DNA from: Isurus oxyrinchus
Taxonomy: Eukaryota
Assembly: GCA_026770705.1 (NCBI GenBank)
Contig: JANJGN010000088.1
Location: 1,240,001 to 1,304,000, forward strand
Length of the DNA: 64,000 nucleotides
Direction: 5' to 3'
Position 1 is the first letter of the stretch, and the number at the start of each line of letters is the position of its first letter. This document shows, piece by piece, positions 37,208-49,358 of the stretch. A program made the translations under genes and the position numbers. A model generated the notes under the pieces. The model worked only from the letters and a program-made list of their open reading frames with translations, had not been told where the DNA came from and did not search any database.

Positions 37208-37525
37208 CTGGGACATTCTTCACCTCCTTGCTGATGACGAAGTTGGAAAGTGGATGAGACACTGTACAGCTGAAGGCTGATCCTGTCCTCCACTCCTCTG
37301 CACTCACAGTCAGGTAGTGCCTGACATTGAAAGTCCCTGCCTGTTCCAGAGCGGTGAGTCCAGCATGGGTGTTGGAGGAGATCGGAACACCATCTTTCTG
37401 CCAGGAGACGTGTAAGAGCTCCGGGTAGAATCCAGTGATCACACACTCGAGTGTGGCTGTGCTCTGATTCTTGACCTCTTGGGCTGGTGGAGGCAGCAGC
37501 CTAACCTTGGGACTTTTTGGCTCGA
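37208..37525 (-). CDS. IgW: IgW CH4 exon (type B)
   Basis: Ig C1 domain; TTCCAG/GTAAG; 318 nt; 89-nt intron from CH3. Confidence 0.93.
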
Positions 37526-37614
37526 CTGGAATAGACAGGCAAAACAAAGAAGCTGTTAAATTCCTTCCCTGAAAGTGAACAAAGTTAGTTATGTAATTTC
37601 TATCTCTCACCCAC

Positions 37615-37917
37615 CTTTTACACTCTTTGCCCGTTTTGAAATAGGAGAGGATGAGGAACCACTTTGAGCAGAGCACACGAATTCCACCCCGCTGTCCCAT
37701 TCCTCCGCAGTTGTTCGGAGTCGGCTGGTGACGATGTATTGTGTTCCTTCCTCTCTCTGTCGCTGGGTTGAAACCCCTTTACTTCGCTCCTGCCCGTTCA
37801 TGTTCCAGGTGATGCGGACCTGGCTCGGATTGGAACAGACCACTTTACACACCAGGGTAGCTGTTTTGTTGATCCAAACCTCTTCCATAAGTGGACTTTG
37901 GATAAAGACAGATATTT
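37615..37917 (-). CDS. IgW: IgW CH3 exon (type A)
   Basis: ISVFIQSPLMEEVWINKTATLVCKVVC...; CCCAG/GTGGG; 303 nt. Confidence 0.93.
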
Positions 37918-40527
37918 CTGGGAAGGGGAAATTATACAAATCAGAAGAACGGGCATTATTTAGTATCAGCCACTTGTGGCCCTCAATCAGAACCCAGTTT
38001 AATGTGTTTCACCTGGAGCTGCTAATCGATCATGCGACACTGCACCTAAATATTTTAACAAGTTGAACATTAGAAAATCCCAGGGTTGTTTAAAAAATGT
38101 CTTGCAATTCTCAGTTTGCAAGTTTTGACTGAGAAAACATCGTAGGACAAGCAAGAACCCACTGGATCCCTTTTGAATCTGTCTGCCCTTACCGTGACCA
38201 AGAGATCCACAGTGAGGACTGCAGTTGAGTTGTGGGGTGAGTGGCTTTTAGATGCGACAATGTTACTAACAATGCAATCTCTGGTTTGTGAAATGGAGTG
38301 AAACAGAGATACAAACTGCTTAGCAAAAGGAACAATTCAGTAAATGCTTTTTCACTGCGTGGGGCTGTGGAATGATTTTTGACATTGAGCACACTGAATG
38401 AACGAAGGGCCCATTTCTTTTAGCTGCGGCTCAATTGGTAGCATGCTCATCTCCGAATCAGAAGGTTGTGGATTCATGTCCCACAAAACTCAAAGTTGAT
38501 GCCCCAGTGCAATACTGAGGGAGTGCTGCACTGTCGAAGCACTGCCTTTTGGATGAGAATTGAAAATGAGGCGCCACATGCCGCCTTAGGTAGGCGTAAA
38601 AGAAGGACATCAGGGAAGCTTGTTCCAATACCCTGATCAGTATATATCCCTCACTCAACATCACAAAAACAGGATCCCTGGTATTTGTCACATTACTCTT
38701 TGTGGGAACTTGCTGTGTGTAAATTGGCTGCTGTGTTTCCAACTTTACAACAGTGGCTGCACTTCAAAAGTACTTCATTTTGGCATGTCCTGTGGTCACG
38801 GAAGATGACATGTAAATGTGAGCCTTTCTTTACTTTTCTTCCTCTAATTGGAGCCGGCCCGAATCACATCAGTTTTAAAATTCTTATCCTAATGTTCACG
38901 GCTTCACCTCTCCCTATCTCTGTAATCTTCTCCAGCCCTACAGCTGCCCAGAAACTCTGCACAACTCTAGACACTTGTACATCCTTATCTTCCTTTCCCC
39001 CGGCATTGGTGGCTGTGTCTTCAGCCGTCTAGGCCCTAATGCCTGGAATTCACTGCCTAAACCTCAGCCGCCTGCCACCTCTCTCCTCATTTGAGATGCT
39101 GCATAAAACCTCTCTATTTTGCCAAGATGTTGGCCACAAGATCTCCTCCTGGAGGCTCAGCATCAGTTTTGCTTTGGCTTTGGTCCTGTGAAGCACCTTG
39201 GGATGTTTTACTACATTAAAGTCTCTATATCGATTCAAGTTATCATTGGTGATCATTCCCTGTCAAAGAAGGTTAGTTTGCATTGGCAGAGCAACTCCCA
39301 TGAATCAGGGGAGTAACAGAAGTCCCCTCTTCCTGCAGGTTGGGGATCATTTCTGCATAACACGGACTTCCCCTCATTTCATTCCGGAGTTTACTGGCCT
39401 GGGAAGGGAATGATTGATTGAATTCTTCACATTTTCTCCTTTGTGCTCAACTCCCACGGATCACAATCTCTTCAGATATCCCGCAGCTCACTGCGTGTTC
39501 TGTATATTGTTAACACAGACACACACGCATATACACACAGACACACACATGCACACACACATTCACTGCGTGAATCACAACTGCTTTGATCCACACTAAT
39601 TGTTCTCGCTCAATGTAATGTTAACACTTACATAGAGACTGGATTACTCTATCTGTGTCCATATCAAAACCTGTCATGAACACCACATATTAAGTCTTCC
39701 GGCTGCAGTTTCAGCTGATGTTCAGTGTCTGTCTAATAGGACTGTGTCTTTTATTAGGCTATTTATTCTGTTTCTCTCTCTCTTGCCTTTTAAACAAAAC
39801 CTTGATCAATTTCCTTCCAGATTGGGATTGCTCAATATATTGATGATTAAGTCTAGGTGTTTTTCACGTTGATCTTCCAAGATAAAACCTCATAGGGTTG
39901 GGAACAGTCCCCTTATCCCTGTAAAATAATAACATTATTGGGCAAGAGGTGTTTAATTCCATTTACCCTTTGTGCGGAATTTGACAAAACACTTCCCCAA
40001 CTTGGATTCCTGTGAACATTGAGCTCCTGTCATTGACTAAGATGAGGATCCAGACTGGGAGAGTGATGGGAACTGTTTCTATTTCTGCAACCCAGAATTT
40101 CATCTAAAACAGACCAGGCATTTCAGGGCACCAGTTAAATCCTTGTGTGCTGAATCACCAACTTGCCTCAGGATCATTGAAGGGGGCCAATCCGGCCATT
40201 TCACTGGATCAATGAGTCCCACTCCAGCATCTCCCAACCTCCCGGCCTCTCTGGGTGACAAACAGGCTTCTAATCCTTTCCAACTTGAGTCAGACTTGAG
40301 AGACAACGGTCAGTCGGTGGGGTCAGGTCCCTATTCACTCTGTCCCAGCGTAGGTCACAAAAAAAATGACCATTTAGATCAGGAGAGGGTTGTCTGGGGG
40401 AACCCAAACTAGGGCTGTAACTTCTTGCAGTATTCACACTTTCATTCTGATGGATACCCTGGGATAGATTTGAACCTGCCAGATGGTTTGTAATAAAATT
40501 CAACGGCCAATTCCATTCACAAACTCA

Positions 40528-40679
40528 TCACTTTATTTCACATTTTTGTTGGTAGCAGTCATATTGGAGCTGATCACCATTTTTGAGGGTCACATTGAGG
40601 TTAGTCTGGTAGAGAAACTTCGGCATACAGTCAGAACAAGAACAGGGAGAACATGGAACTGGACGACATGCGTTTCCAC
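40528..40679 (-). CDS. IgW: Cysteine-rich secretory tail exon secA of short IgW (after CH2)
   Basis: TTCCAG|(G)GNACRPVPCSPCSCSDCMPKFLYQTNLNVTLKNGDQLQYDCYQQKCEIK*; 7 Cys, N-V-T sequon, AATAAA at 40532-40537; position matches the known 2-CH short IgW with a Cys-rich tail. Confidence 0.88.
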
Positions 40680-41354
40680 CTGGAACCGGAAGAGTTGCAG
40701 ATTTAAGTGTTATACATTTTCACCTCCCCTACTCTTGTGCTGGGTAAGTGGGAACTCCACATGGCCTCAAAACTCTGCTCAGTCCTGTCTTTGTAGGATC
40801 CTAAAGGAACCTGATCAGGTGGACAATGAAAAGCTGGTTCACCTTGTCCAGAATAGGACGATCAGGGGAAATGACTTGTGCTTGAAGGGGGAAGGGCGGG
40901 GGATTCATTTCAAAATTAATGCAGCAATGGATTGATCAATCTCTGGAACAGGTTCAGGAGATGGTGAAGCAGATCCATGCAATTCCTTCAAATGCAAAAT
41001 TGGAAAGATTTCTTTCTTAATACAGCAGTTGGGAGGGAGTAGAAAAGGAAAAGTTAGGAGGCGATTTCAACCGTGGATGGTAATAGATAGGTTGGTATCA
41101 GATGGATCATTTCACAGCCTGTCCCATTTTCATTTCTAGTCACAGAGAGTCACATTGAATGAGGGTGTAAACAGGCAGCTGACCCATTTCCAGCAGTTTC
41201 ACTGCTTGCTGCGTTAGGTTAAAATTACTCCCCTTAAGGGTAGCTTCAATAACAAAACACAAAATACTGAACATTCACCTTTCCCAACAGGGTTGATATT
41301 AGTGACAGCAATTCACAGATTGAGGGTGGGCATTGGCACGTTAAGTTAATAAGT

Positions 41355-41575
41355 CAAAAACAGAAAATGCTGGAAAAAACCCAGCAGGTCTGACAGCATC
41401 TGTGGGTAGAGAAACTGAGTTAACATTTCGAGCCCAATATGACTGAAAAAAGGCCACACAGACTCGAAACATTAACTCTGTTTCTCTCCCCGCAGATGCT
41501 GTCAGACCTGATGAGTTTTTCCAACGTTTTAGTTTTTTTTTAGTTTTCCAGCATCTGCGGTATTTTGCTTTTATC
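41355..41575. repeat. Palindromic Penelope-like terminal repeat (related pieces at ~61430-61535 and 61915-62045)
   Basis: aaaatgctggaaaa..cagcaggtctgacagcatctg ... cagatgctgtcagacctgatgagtttttcca inverted arms. The family assignment is from recall. Confidence 0.55.
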
Positions 41576-41640
41576 TTAAGTTAATACCAGTCTGCATTAC
41601 TGATGATATATTCATTTCTCCCCCCTCAGGCACCACTTAC

Positions 41641-41949
41641 CCCCTTCGTTTCTCGTGTATCTCATGCTGATCCTCTTATTGAATCTTGAAAGTGTGTGGG
41701 ACACTTCACAGGCGTACTCAACCCCTTTCTTCCATTCCGCCACAGGAACAGTCAGGTAAGTGACTGTTTCAAATGTAGTGTCTGTGCTTTGTCGGGAAGT
41801 CAGAACATTACCCGCTTTGTCCTCCTGGCCTTTCTTCCAGGAAACCTTTATGCCGTCGGGATCAAATCCGGATATCATACAGCCCAGGACAGTGGTAGTT
41901 TGATTGTAGACAAACTCCGCGGATGGAACAAGGGTGGTGACAATCGGCG
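41641..41949 (-). CDS. IgW: IgW CH2 exon
   Basis: PIVTTLVPS...LGCMISGFDP...W...YACEVSH; TCCAG/GTAAGT; 309 nt. Confidence 0.94.
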
Positions 41950-42349
41950 CTGGAGAGGTAAAACATTGCAATGTTTCAGATTACACTGTTGTTTTGCCAC
42001 AAGAAAGATGTACTCTATTCCCTCAGCATCTCGAGTAACTGTCACGATGCCAACTCCCATTCATCATCAATTTGACTGGGTTCCCTCTGACCCTCCCCTG
42101 AAATATTTGCTAATCCTTTCAGTTCTAGATTCCGGCAAATGGGCTCAACCTTTCAAATTTTAGATCCTGAGTTTCTTACTACACACGTTCAACTTTTTCT
42201 TCCTGGTACCTGACAATCTCACAGTGCCGATAACCAGTCTGAGATTGGCACAAATAGGGTAGCACTTCATAAAACTGAGACTTTGGGGATTTCAGGCAGA
42301 ATTTACAATTCTCCATAATAATGGGGACAAATTTAATCTCGACTTGACA

Positions 42350-43715
42350 TTCCCCCAGTAACCTTTGACTCCCTTGTTAGTCAAGAATCTATCTTCATCT
42401 GCCTTAAAAATATTCATTGTCCCTGTTTCCACCGCTCTCTGGGTAAGAGAGTTCCAAAGATTCACGACACCATGAGAGAAAAAGATTTCTTCTCATCTCC
42501 ATCTTAAATGGGAGACCCCTTATTTTCAAACTGTTCCCCCAAGATCAAGTCTCTCCCACAAGGGGAAATGTCCTTTCAGCATCCGCCCTGTCAAGTCCCC
42601 TCAGGATCTGATATGTTTCAATGAGATCACCTCTCAATTTTCTAAACTCCAATGGATACAGGCCCAGCCTGTCCAACCTATCCTCATGAGATAACGCCCC
42701 CATCCCAGGTATCAGTTGAGTGAACCTTCTTTGAACTGCTTCTAATGATTTAAACACTTTCCTAAATAAGCAAGACCAAAACTGGACACTGTACCCTTGA
42801 TGTGGTCCCACCAATGTCCCATACAACTGTAGCAAAACACCCCTACTTTTCTATTCCATTCGCATTGCAATAAGCAACAACATTCCATTTGCCTTCTGAA
42901 CCACTTGCTGTGTCTATATTCTAACTTCTCCTGATTCATGTACCAGGACACTCAGATCCCTCTGCTCTTCAGAGTTGTGCAGTCTCTCTCCATTTAAATA
43001 ATATGCTGCTTTTCTATTCTTCCTGCCAAAGTAGACAAGTTCACATTTTCCCACGTTATACTCCATCTGCCAAATTTTTGCCACTCACTTAACCTATCTA
43101 TGTCCCTTTGCAGACTCCTTATATCCTCTTCACAACTTACTTTCCTACCTTTCTCTGTGTCATCAACAAATTTAGGAACTATACATTCGGTCCCTTCATC
43201 CAAGTCATTGATATAAATTGTAAATATTTGAGGCCTCAGCACTGATCCCTGTGACACTGTACTCATCACATCTATTCAACACAAAAAAGACCCATTTGTC
43301 CCTATTCTCTGCTTCCTGTTAGCTAACCAATACTCCATCCATGCTAATATATTTCTCCCTACACCAGGAGCTCTTATCTTGCATCATAATTTTTTATGTG
43401 GCATCTTGTCAGATGCCTTCTGGAAATCTAAGCACAGCACATCCACAAGTTCCCCTTTATGGATGTTGCTTGTTACTTACTTATAGAACTCCAATAAATT
43501 AGTTAAACATGATTTCTCTTTCACAAAGCCGTGTTGATTCTGCCTCATTGCATTGAGCTTTTCTAAGTGCCCCGCTATAACTATTTAATATCAGATTCCA
43601 GCAGTTTCCCTACAATAGATTTTAAACAAACTGGCCTGCAGTTTTCTGCTTTCGGTCTCCTTCCTTTCTTGAATAGAGGAATCACAGTCACAATTTTACA
43701 ATCTGATGGGACCTA
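42350..43715 (-). mobile_element. CR1 LINE RT/3' fragment in the CH1-CH2 intron
   Basis: QGSVL...FTIYINDL...KFVDDT (42994..43269); VQRRFT...GDLIE (42545..42835). Confidence 0.9.
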
Positions 43716-43903
43716 ATGTCCTTCCTTTTGTTACCGCAGTACTGCTGGCATGCAGCGATCAAATATATGGGTCCAAGAATTCAATCAGGTTCTATTGTGC
43801 AGCAAGCTCTTACATTGGTGGCTGATGTTTTCTTGTCCGATTTCATCATCACCCACCCCAACACCAGTACAGTTTTAAATGACAAATAATATCTTGTACT
43901 AAC

Positions 43904-44218
43904 CTTTAGGTTTCATGATCTGACGCTCCACCATTTCATTTGACTTGTAACCCGCCTTACAGTGGTAGACTGTTTTGGCATTCCAATCTGATGCAGAGAC
44001 TTTGAGCACGCTGCTCATCATGTAATTCTTATCATTCCCCTGGACTGCCGCATACGTCTGAATTCCAGTGGTAATGACCCGATTGTTACTGGACCATATC
44101 AGAGTGATGCTCTTAGCATGAAAGTCCTTGACCAGGCAGAAGAAGCTGATCTCATCTTGGTCCCTGTCCATGCCACAGGAAGGGTTGGGGATGAAGACCG
44201 ATGGTGCAAACTGGGCAA
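43904..44218 (-). CDS. IgW: IgW CH1 exon
   Basis: [17 protein letters not shown]...FFCLVKDF...W...YHCKAG; the extra Cys in PSCG sits at the usual light-chain-bonding position; TTTCAG/GTTAG; 315 nt. Confidence 0.94.
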
Positions 44219-44404
44219 CTGAAATATAAATAGTTTCACACAGATAAGCCTAGTAAAGAAACACATATAAATATACGAACTAGGAGCAGGAGTGGGCCTT
44301 TTGGCCCTTTTGGCCCTGCTCTGCCATTTGATAATGGCTGATCTGATTGCAGCCTCAATCTACTTTCCTGTCTACCCTCTTTCACCTTTGACTCCCTTGT
44401 TAAT

Positions 44405-46150
44405 CAGTGTAGAGGGAGCTTTACACTGTATCTAACCGCGAGCTGTACCTGTCCTGGGTGTGTTTGATGGGGACGGTGTAGAGGGAGCTTTACTCTGTAT
44501 CTAACCCCATGCTGTACCTGTCCTGGGAGTGTTTGATGGGGACAGTGTAGAGGGAGCTTTACACTGTATCTAACCGCGAGCTGTACCTGTCCTGGGTGTG
44601 TTTGATGGGGACAGTGTAGAGGGAGCTTTACTCTGTATCTAACCCTGTGCTGTACCTGTCCTGTGTGTGTTTGATGGGGACAGTGTAGAGGGAGCTTTAC
44701 TCTGTATCTAACCCCGTGCTGTATCTGCCCAGGGAGTGTTTGATGGGGACAGTGTAGAGGGAGCTTTACTCTGTATCTAACCGCGAGCTGTACCTGTCCT
44801 GGGTGTGTTTGATGGGGACGGTGTAGAGGGAGCTTTACTCTATATCTAACCCCGTGCTGTACCTGTCCTGGCAGTGTTTGATGGGGACAGTGTAGAGGGA
44901 GCTTTACTCTGTATCTAACCCTGTGCTGTACCTGTCCTGTGTGTGTTTGATGGGGACAGTGTAGAGGGAGCTTTACTCTGTATCTAACCCCGTGCTGTAT
45001 CTGCCCAGGGAGTGTTTGATGGGGACAGTGTAGAGGGAACTTTACTATGTATCTAACCGCGAGCTGTACCTTTCCTGGGTGTGTTTGATGGGGACAGTGT
45101 AGAGGGAGCTTTACTCTGTATCTGACCCCGTGCTATACCTGTCCTGGGAGTGTTTGATGGGGACAGTGGAGAGGGAGCTTTACACTGTATCTAACCGCGA
45201 GCTGTACCTGTCCTGGGTGTGTTTGATGGGGACAGTCTAGAGGGAGCTTTACTCTGTATCGAACCCCGTGCTGTACCTGTCCTGGGAGTGGTTGTTGGGG
45301 ACAGTGTAGACGGAGCTTTACTCTGTATCTAACACCGTGCTGTACCTTTCCTGGGAGTGTTTGATGGGGACAGTGTAGAGGGAGATTTACTCTGTATCTA
45401 ACCCCATGCTGTACCTGTCCTGGGAGTGTTTGATGGGGAAAGTGTAGAGGGAGCTTTACTCTGTATCTAACCCCGTGCTGTACCTGCCCTGGGAGTGTTT
45501 GATGGGGACAGTGTAGAGGGAGCTTTACTCTGTATCTAACCCCGTGCTGTACCTGCTGTGGGACTGTTTGATGGGGACAGTGTAGAGGGAGCTTTACTCT
45601 GTATCTTACCCCGTGCTGTATCTGTCCTGGGAGTGTTTGATGGGGACAGTGTAGAGGGTGCTTTTCTCTGTATCTAACCCCGTGCTGTACCTGCCCTGGG
45701 AGTGTTTGATGGGGACAGTGTAGAGGGAGCTTTACTCTGTATCTTACCCCGTGCTGTATCTGTCCTGGGAGTGTTTGATGGGGACAGTGTAGAGGGAGGT
45801 TTACTCTGTATCTAACCCCGTGCTGTACCTGTCCTGGGAGTGTTTGATGGGACAGTGTAGAGGGAGGTTTACTCTGTATCTAACCCTGTGCTGTACCTGC
45901 CCTGGGAGTGTTTGATGGGGACAGTGTAGAGGGAGCTTTACTCTGTATCTTACCCGGTGCTGTATCTGTCCTGGGAGTGTTTGATGGGGACAGTGTAGAG
46001 GGAGCATTACTCTGTATCTAACCCCGTGCTGTACCTGTCCTGGAAGTGTTTGATGGGGATAGTGTAGAGGGAGATTTACTCTGTATCGAACCCCATGCTG
46101 TTCTTGTCTTGGGAGTGTTTGATGTGATGGTGTCGAGGGAGATTTACTAA
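44405..46150. repeat. 69-bp minisatellite, ~25 copies, just upstream of CH1
   Basis: Unit cagtgtagagggagctttactctgtatctaaccccgtgctgtacctgtcctgggagtgtttgatgggga; period 69 (44405 to 44474). Confidence 0.96.
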
Positions 46151-46209
46151 AATTGTACAATCCTAGGGAGCATGGCAGTTCAGAGGGAGTTTTATTCAGT
46201 ATCTCAGTG

Positions 46210-49200
46210 TCATAGATGATGGGGAGGGTTTATACTAACTTGGCTGGGGGATGGGATCCTGTGAGGAGGTTCAGCAGGGAAAGATGCACAGCCAAAATTA
46301 GAAGAGAGAGCAAGTGGGTCAGGAAGGCATAGAAATTATAGGCCAGTTAAGGCACAACGGAGTTTGGCAAGGTTGGATGGTATTTATTTTAATGCAAGGA
46401 GTCTGACGAATCAGGCAGATGAGTTGAGGACATAAATTGACACATGGAAGCATGATGTCATTGCTGTCACAGAGACATCATGGTTGAGAGAGGGGCAGGA
46501 TTGGCAGCTCAATAATCCAGGATGTAGGGTCTTCAGGTGATATAGGGAAGGAGGTAAAAGAGGAATGGGTATCGCATTATTGATCAAGGAATCAATTACA
46601 GCAGTAAGGAGGGATGACATCTTAGAAGGCTCCTCAAATGAAGGCATATGTGTAGAACCTAAAAACAAAAAAGAGGCAATCACATTGCTGGGAGTGTGCT
46701 ATAGGCCCCCAAACAGTCAGAGAGAAATATGAGAGAGAGCAGATATGTCGGCAAATTTCAGAGAAGTGTAAAAGTAATAGAGGAGTAATGGTGAGGGATT
46801 TCGACTTCCCCAACGTTAACTGGGTTAGTCATAGTGTGGTAGGTTTAGAGGGAGCGGAATTCTTAAAATGCATCCAGGAGAGCTTTTTAAGCCAGTACGT
46901 AGAAGGTTCTACAAGAGAGGGGACGGCCCTGGACTTAATTTTAGGGAATGTAACCGGGCAAGTGGTAGAGGTATCAGTGGTGGAGATAGCGATCATAACT
47001 CCATTAGATTCAAGGTTCTTATGGAAAAGGACAAGGATGGGCCAGAAATCATAATTCTAAATTGGGGGAAGACCGATTTTAATAAGATCAGGTATGGTTT
47101 GGCCAGAGTGGACTGGGAGCAGCTACTTTTAGGCAAATCTGCTTCAGAGCAGTGGAACTTATTCAAGAAAGAAATAGGGAGAGCACAGGGCCAACATATT
47201 CCAGTAAAGATAAAGGGTGGGACCAACAAATCCAGGGAACTCTGGATGTTGAAGGATATACAGGATTGGATAAAGAGAAAAAGGGAGGCTTATGGCAGAT
47301 ACCGAGGGCTCAAAACACAGAAGCCCTAGAGTATAGAATGTGTAGGGGGGAACTTAAAAAGGAAATTAGGAGAGCAAAAATGAGGCATGAGAAAACGTTG
47401 ACAGGTTAAAATAAAGGAAAATCCCAAGTTATTTTACAAATACATTAAGAGTAAAATGATAACTCGGAAAGAATAGGGCCCATTGTGGTAATTTGTGTGT
47501 GGAGCCAGAAGACATAGGTAGGGTTCTAAATGAATACTTTGTGTTGATGTTGACAAGTGAGAGGGATGACATGGGTATGGAAAACAGGCAGAAGGACTGA
47601 GATATGATTAAAGAAATTAGCATCGTTCTAAGTGGCCAGGCAGGCTTAAAAGTAGATAAATCTCCAGGCCCAGATGAATTGTATCCTAGGCTGTTGAGTG
47701 AGGCAAGGGAGGAGATAGCAGGGGCGCTGGCAATAATTTTCAATACTCCCTAGCCACAGGAGAGGTACCAGAGGACTGGAGGATGGCCAATGTGATACTG
47801 TTATTCAAGATGGGAGGCAGGCATAAACCAGGGAACTACAGGCCAGTCAGTCTAACCTCAGTGGTGGGGAAACTATTGGAAGCAATTCTGAGGGACAGAA
47901 TTAATCTACACTTGGAGAGACAGGGATTAATCAAGGACAGAGAGAATGGTTTTGTTAAGGGGAGGTCATGTCTGACCAATTTGTCTGAATTTTTCAAAGA
48001 GGTGACCAGATGTGTAGATGATGGCAATGCTTTGACATTGCCTACTTAGACCTCAGCAAGGCTTTTGATAAGGTCCTGCATGAGAGACTGATAATGAAGG
48101 TAAGAGCCCATGGGATCCAAGGCAATTTGGCAAATTGGATCCAGAATTGGTTGAGTGGCCGGAAGCAGAGGGTGATGGCTGAGTCCAGTGGGGTTCCACA
48201 GGGATCGGTCTTGGGTCCCTTGCTGTTTGTGGTGTATATAAACGATTTAGACGTGAATGTAGGAGGGTTGATCAGTAAGTTCGCAGATGACACGAAAATT
48301 GGTGGGGTGGTAAATAGTGAGGAGGATAACTTTAGATTCCAGGTGGACATAGATGGGCTGGTCAGATGGGCTGATTAGTGGCAAATGGATTTTAATCCGG
48401 ATAAGTATGAGGTGATGCACTTGGGCAGGACAAACAAGGCACGGGAAGTATATTCATATAGCAAGCAATGTTTTAAGTGTTAGTGCCAGCATTTTGTAGT
48501 AAACTGCATATTTTTACTATGCACAGAAGGAGCTGAAATGTACAGTATTTATAGAAAATGTCAACATTGATAGCCAATTGCAATGTTAGATCTTATTAAA
48601 CGGTACCATTGAATGGTAGGACCCTGGGAAGTACCGAGGATCAGAGGGACCTTGGTGTGCATGTCCAACGGTCCCTTAAGGTAGCGGGACAGGTAGATAA
48701 GGTGGTTAGGAAGGCATATGGGATACTTTGCTTTATTAGCCAAGGCAGAGAATATAAGAACAGGGATGTTATGCTGCAACTATAAAAAACGCTGGTTAGG
48801 CCACAGCTAGAGTATTGCGTGCAGTTCTAGAATCCGTATTGTAGGAAGGATGTGATTGCACTCGAGAGAGAGCAGAGGACATTTACCAGGATGTTGCCTG
48901 GGCTGGAGAGTTTTAGTTATGAGGAGAGATTGGATAGACTGGGGTTATTTTCCCTGGAGCAGAGGAGATTGAGGGGGGGACGTGATTGAGGTATATAAAA
49001 TGATGAGGGGCTTAGATAGGGTAGACAGGAAGGAACATTTCCCCTTGGTGGAGGGATCATTAACCAGGGGGCATAGATTTAAAGTAAGGGGCAGGAGGTT
49101 TAGAGGGGATGTGAGGAAGACTTTTTTCACCCAGAGGGTAGTGGGAATCTGGAACTCATTGCCTGAAAGGGTGGTAGAGGCAGAAATCCTCATAACATTT

Positions 49201-49358
49201 AAGAAGTATTTGGATGTGCACTTGCAATGCCATGGCATAGAAGGCTATGGGCCTAGTGCTGGAAAATGGGATTAGAATGGTTAGGTACTTGTTTGACCGG
49301 CGCAGACTCAATGGGCTGAAGGGCCTTTTTCTGTGCTGTAGACCTTGCTGACTCTAAG
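46210..49358 (+). mobile_element. CR1 LINE, near full-length inactivated ORF2, with a ~155-bp unrelated AT-rich insert at ~48450-48605
   Basis: YFNARS, DFDFP, GNYRPVSLTS, GVPQGSVLGP, KFADDTK, GIWNSLP motifs and a CR1 3' UTR. Confidence 0.93.

Larger units (their letters stand above)
30383..40900. repeat. Triplicated module [secretory exon - intron - CH type A - CH type B]
   Basis: ~30700-33900 matches ~37525-40730 (offset ~6824); ~33860-34930 matches ~36830-37900 (offset ~2973); the middle intron 34950-36650 is a diverged homolog. Confidence 0.92.

Noticed and set aside
40483-40935. Plus-strand ORFs 40483..40935 and 33660..33971, and the other short ORFs in the track
   Set aside because: They are antisense shadows of the sec/CH exons or chance ORFs in repeats; their duplication simply reflects the segmental repeats.
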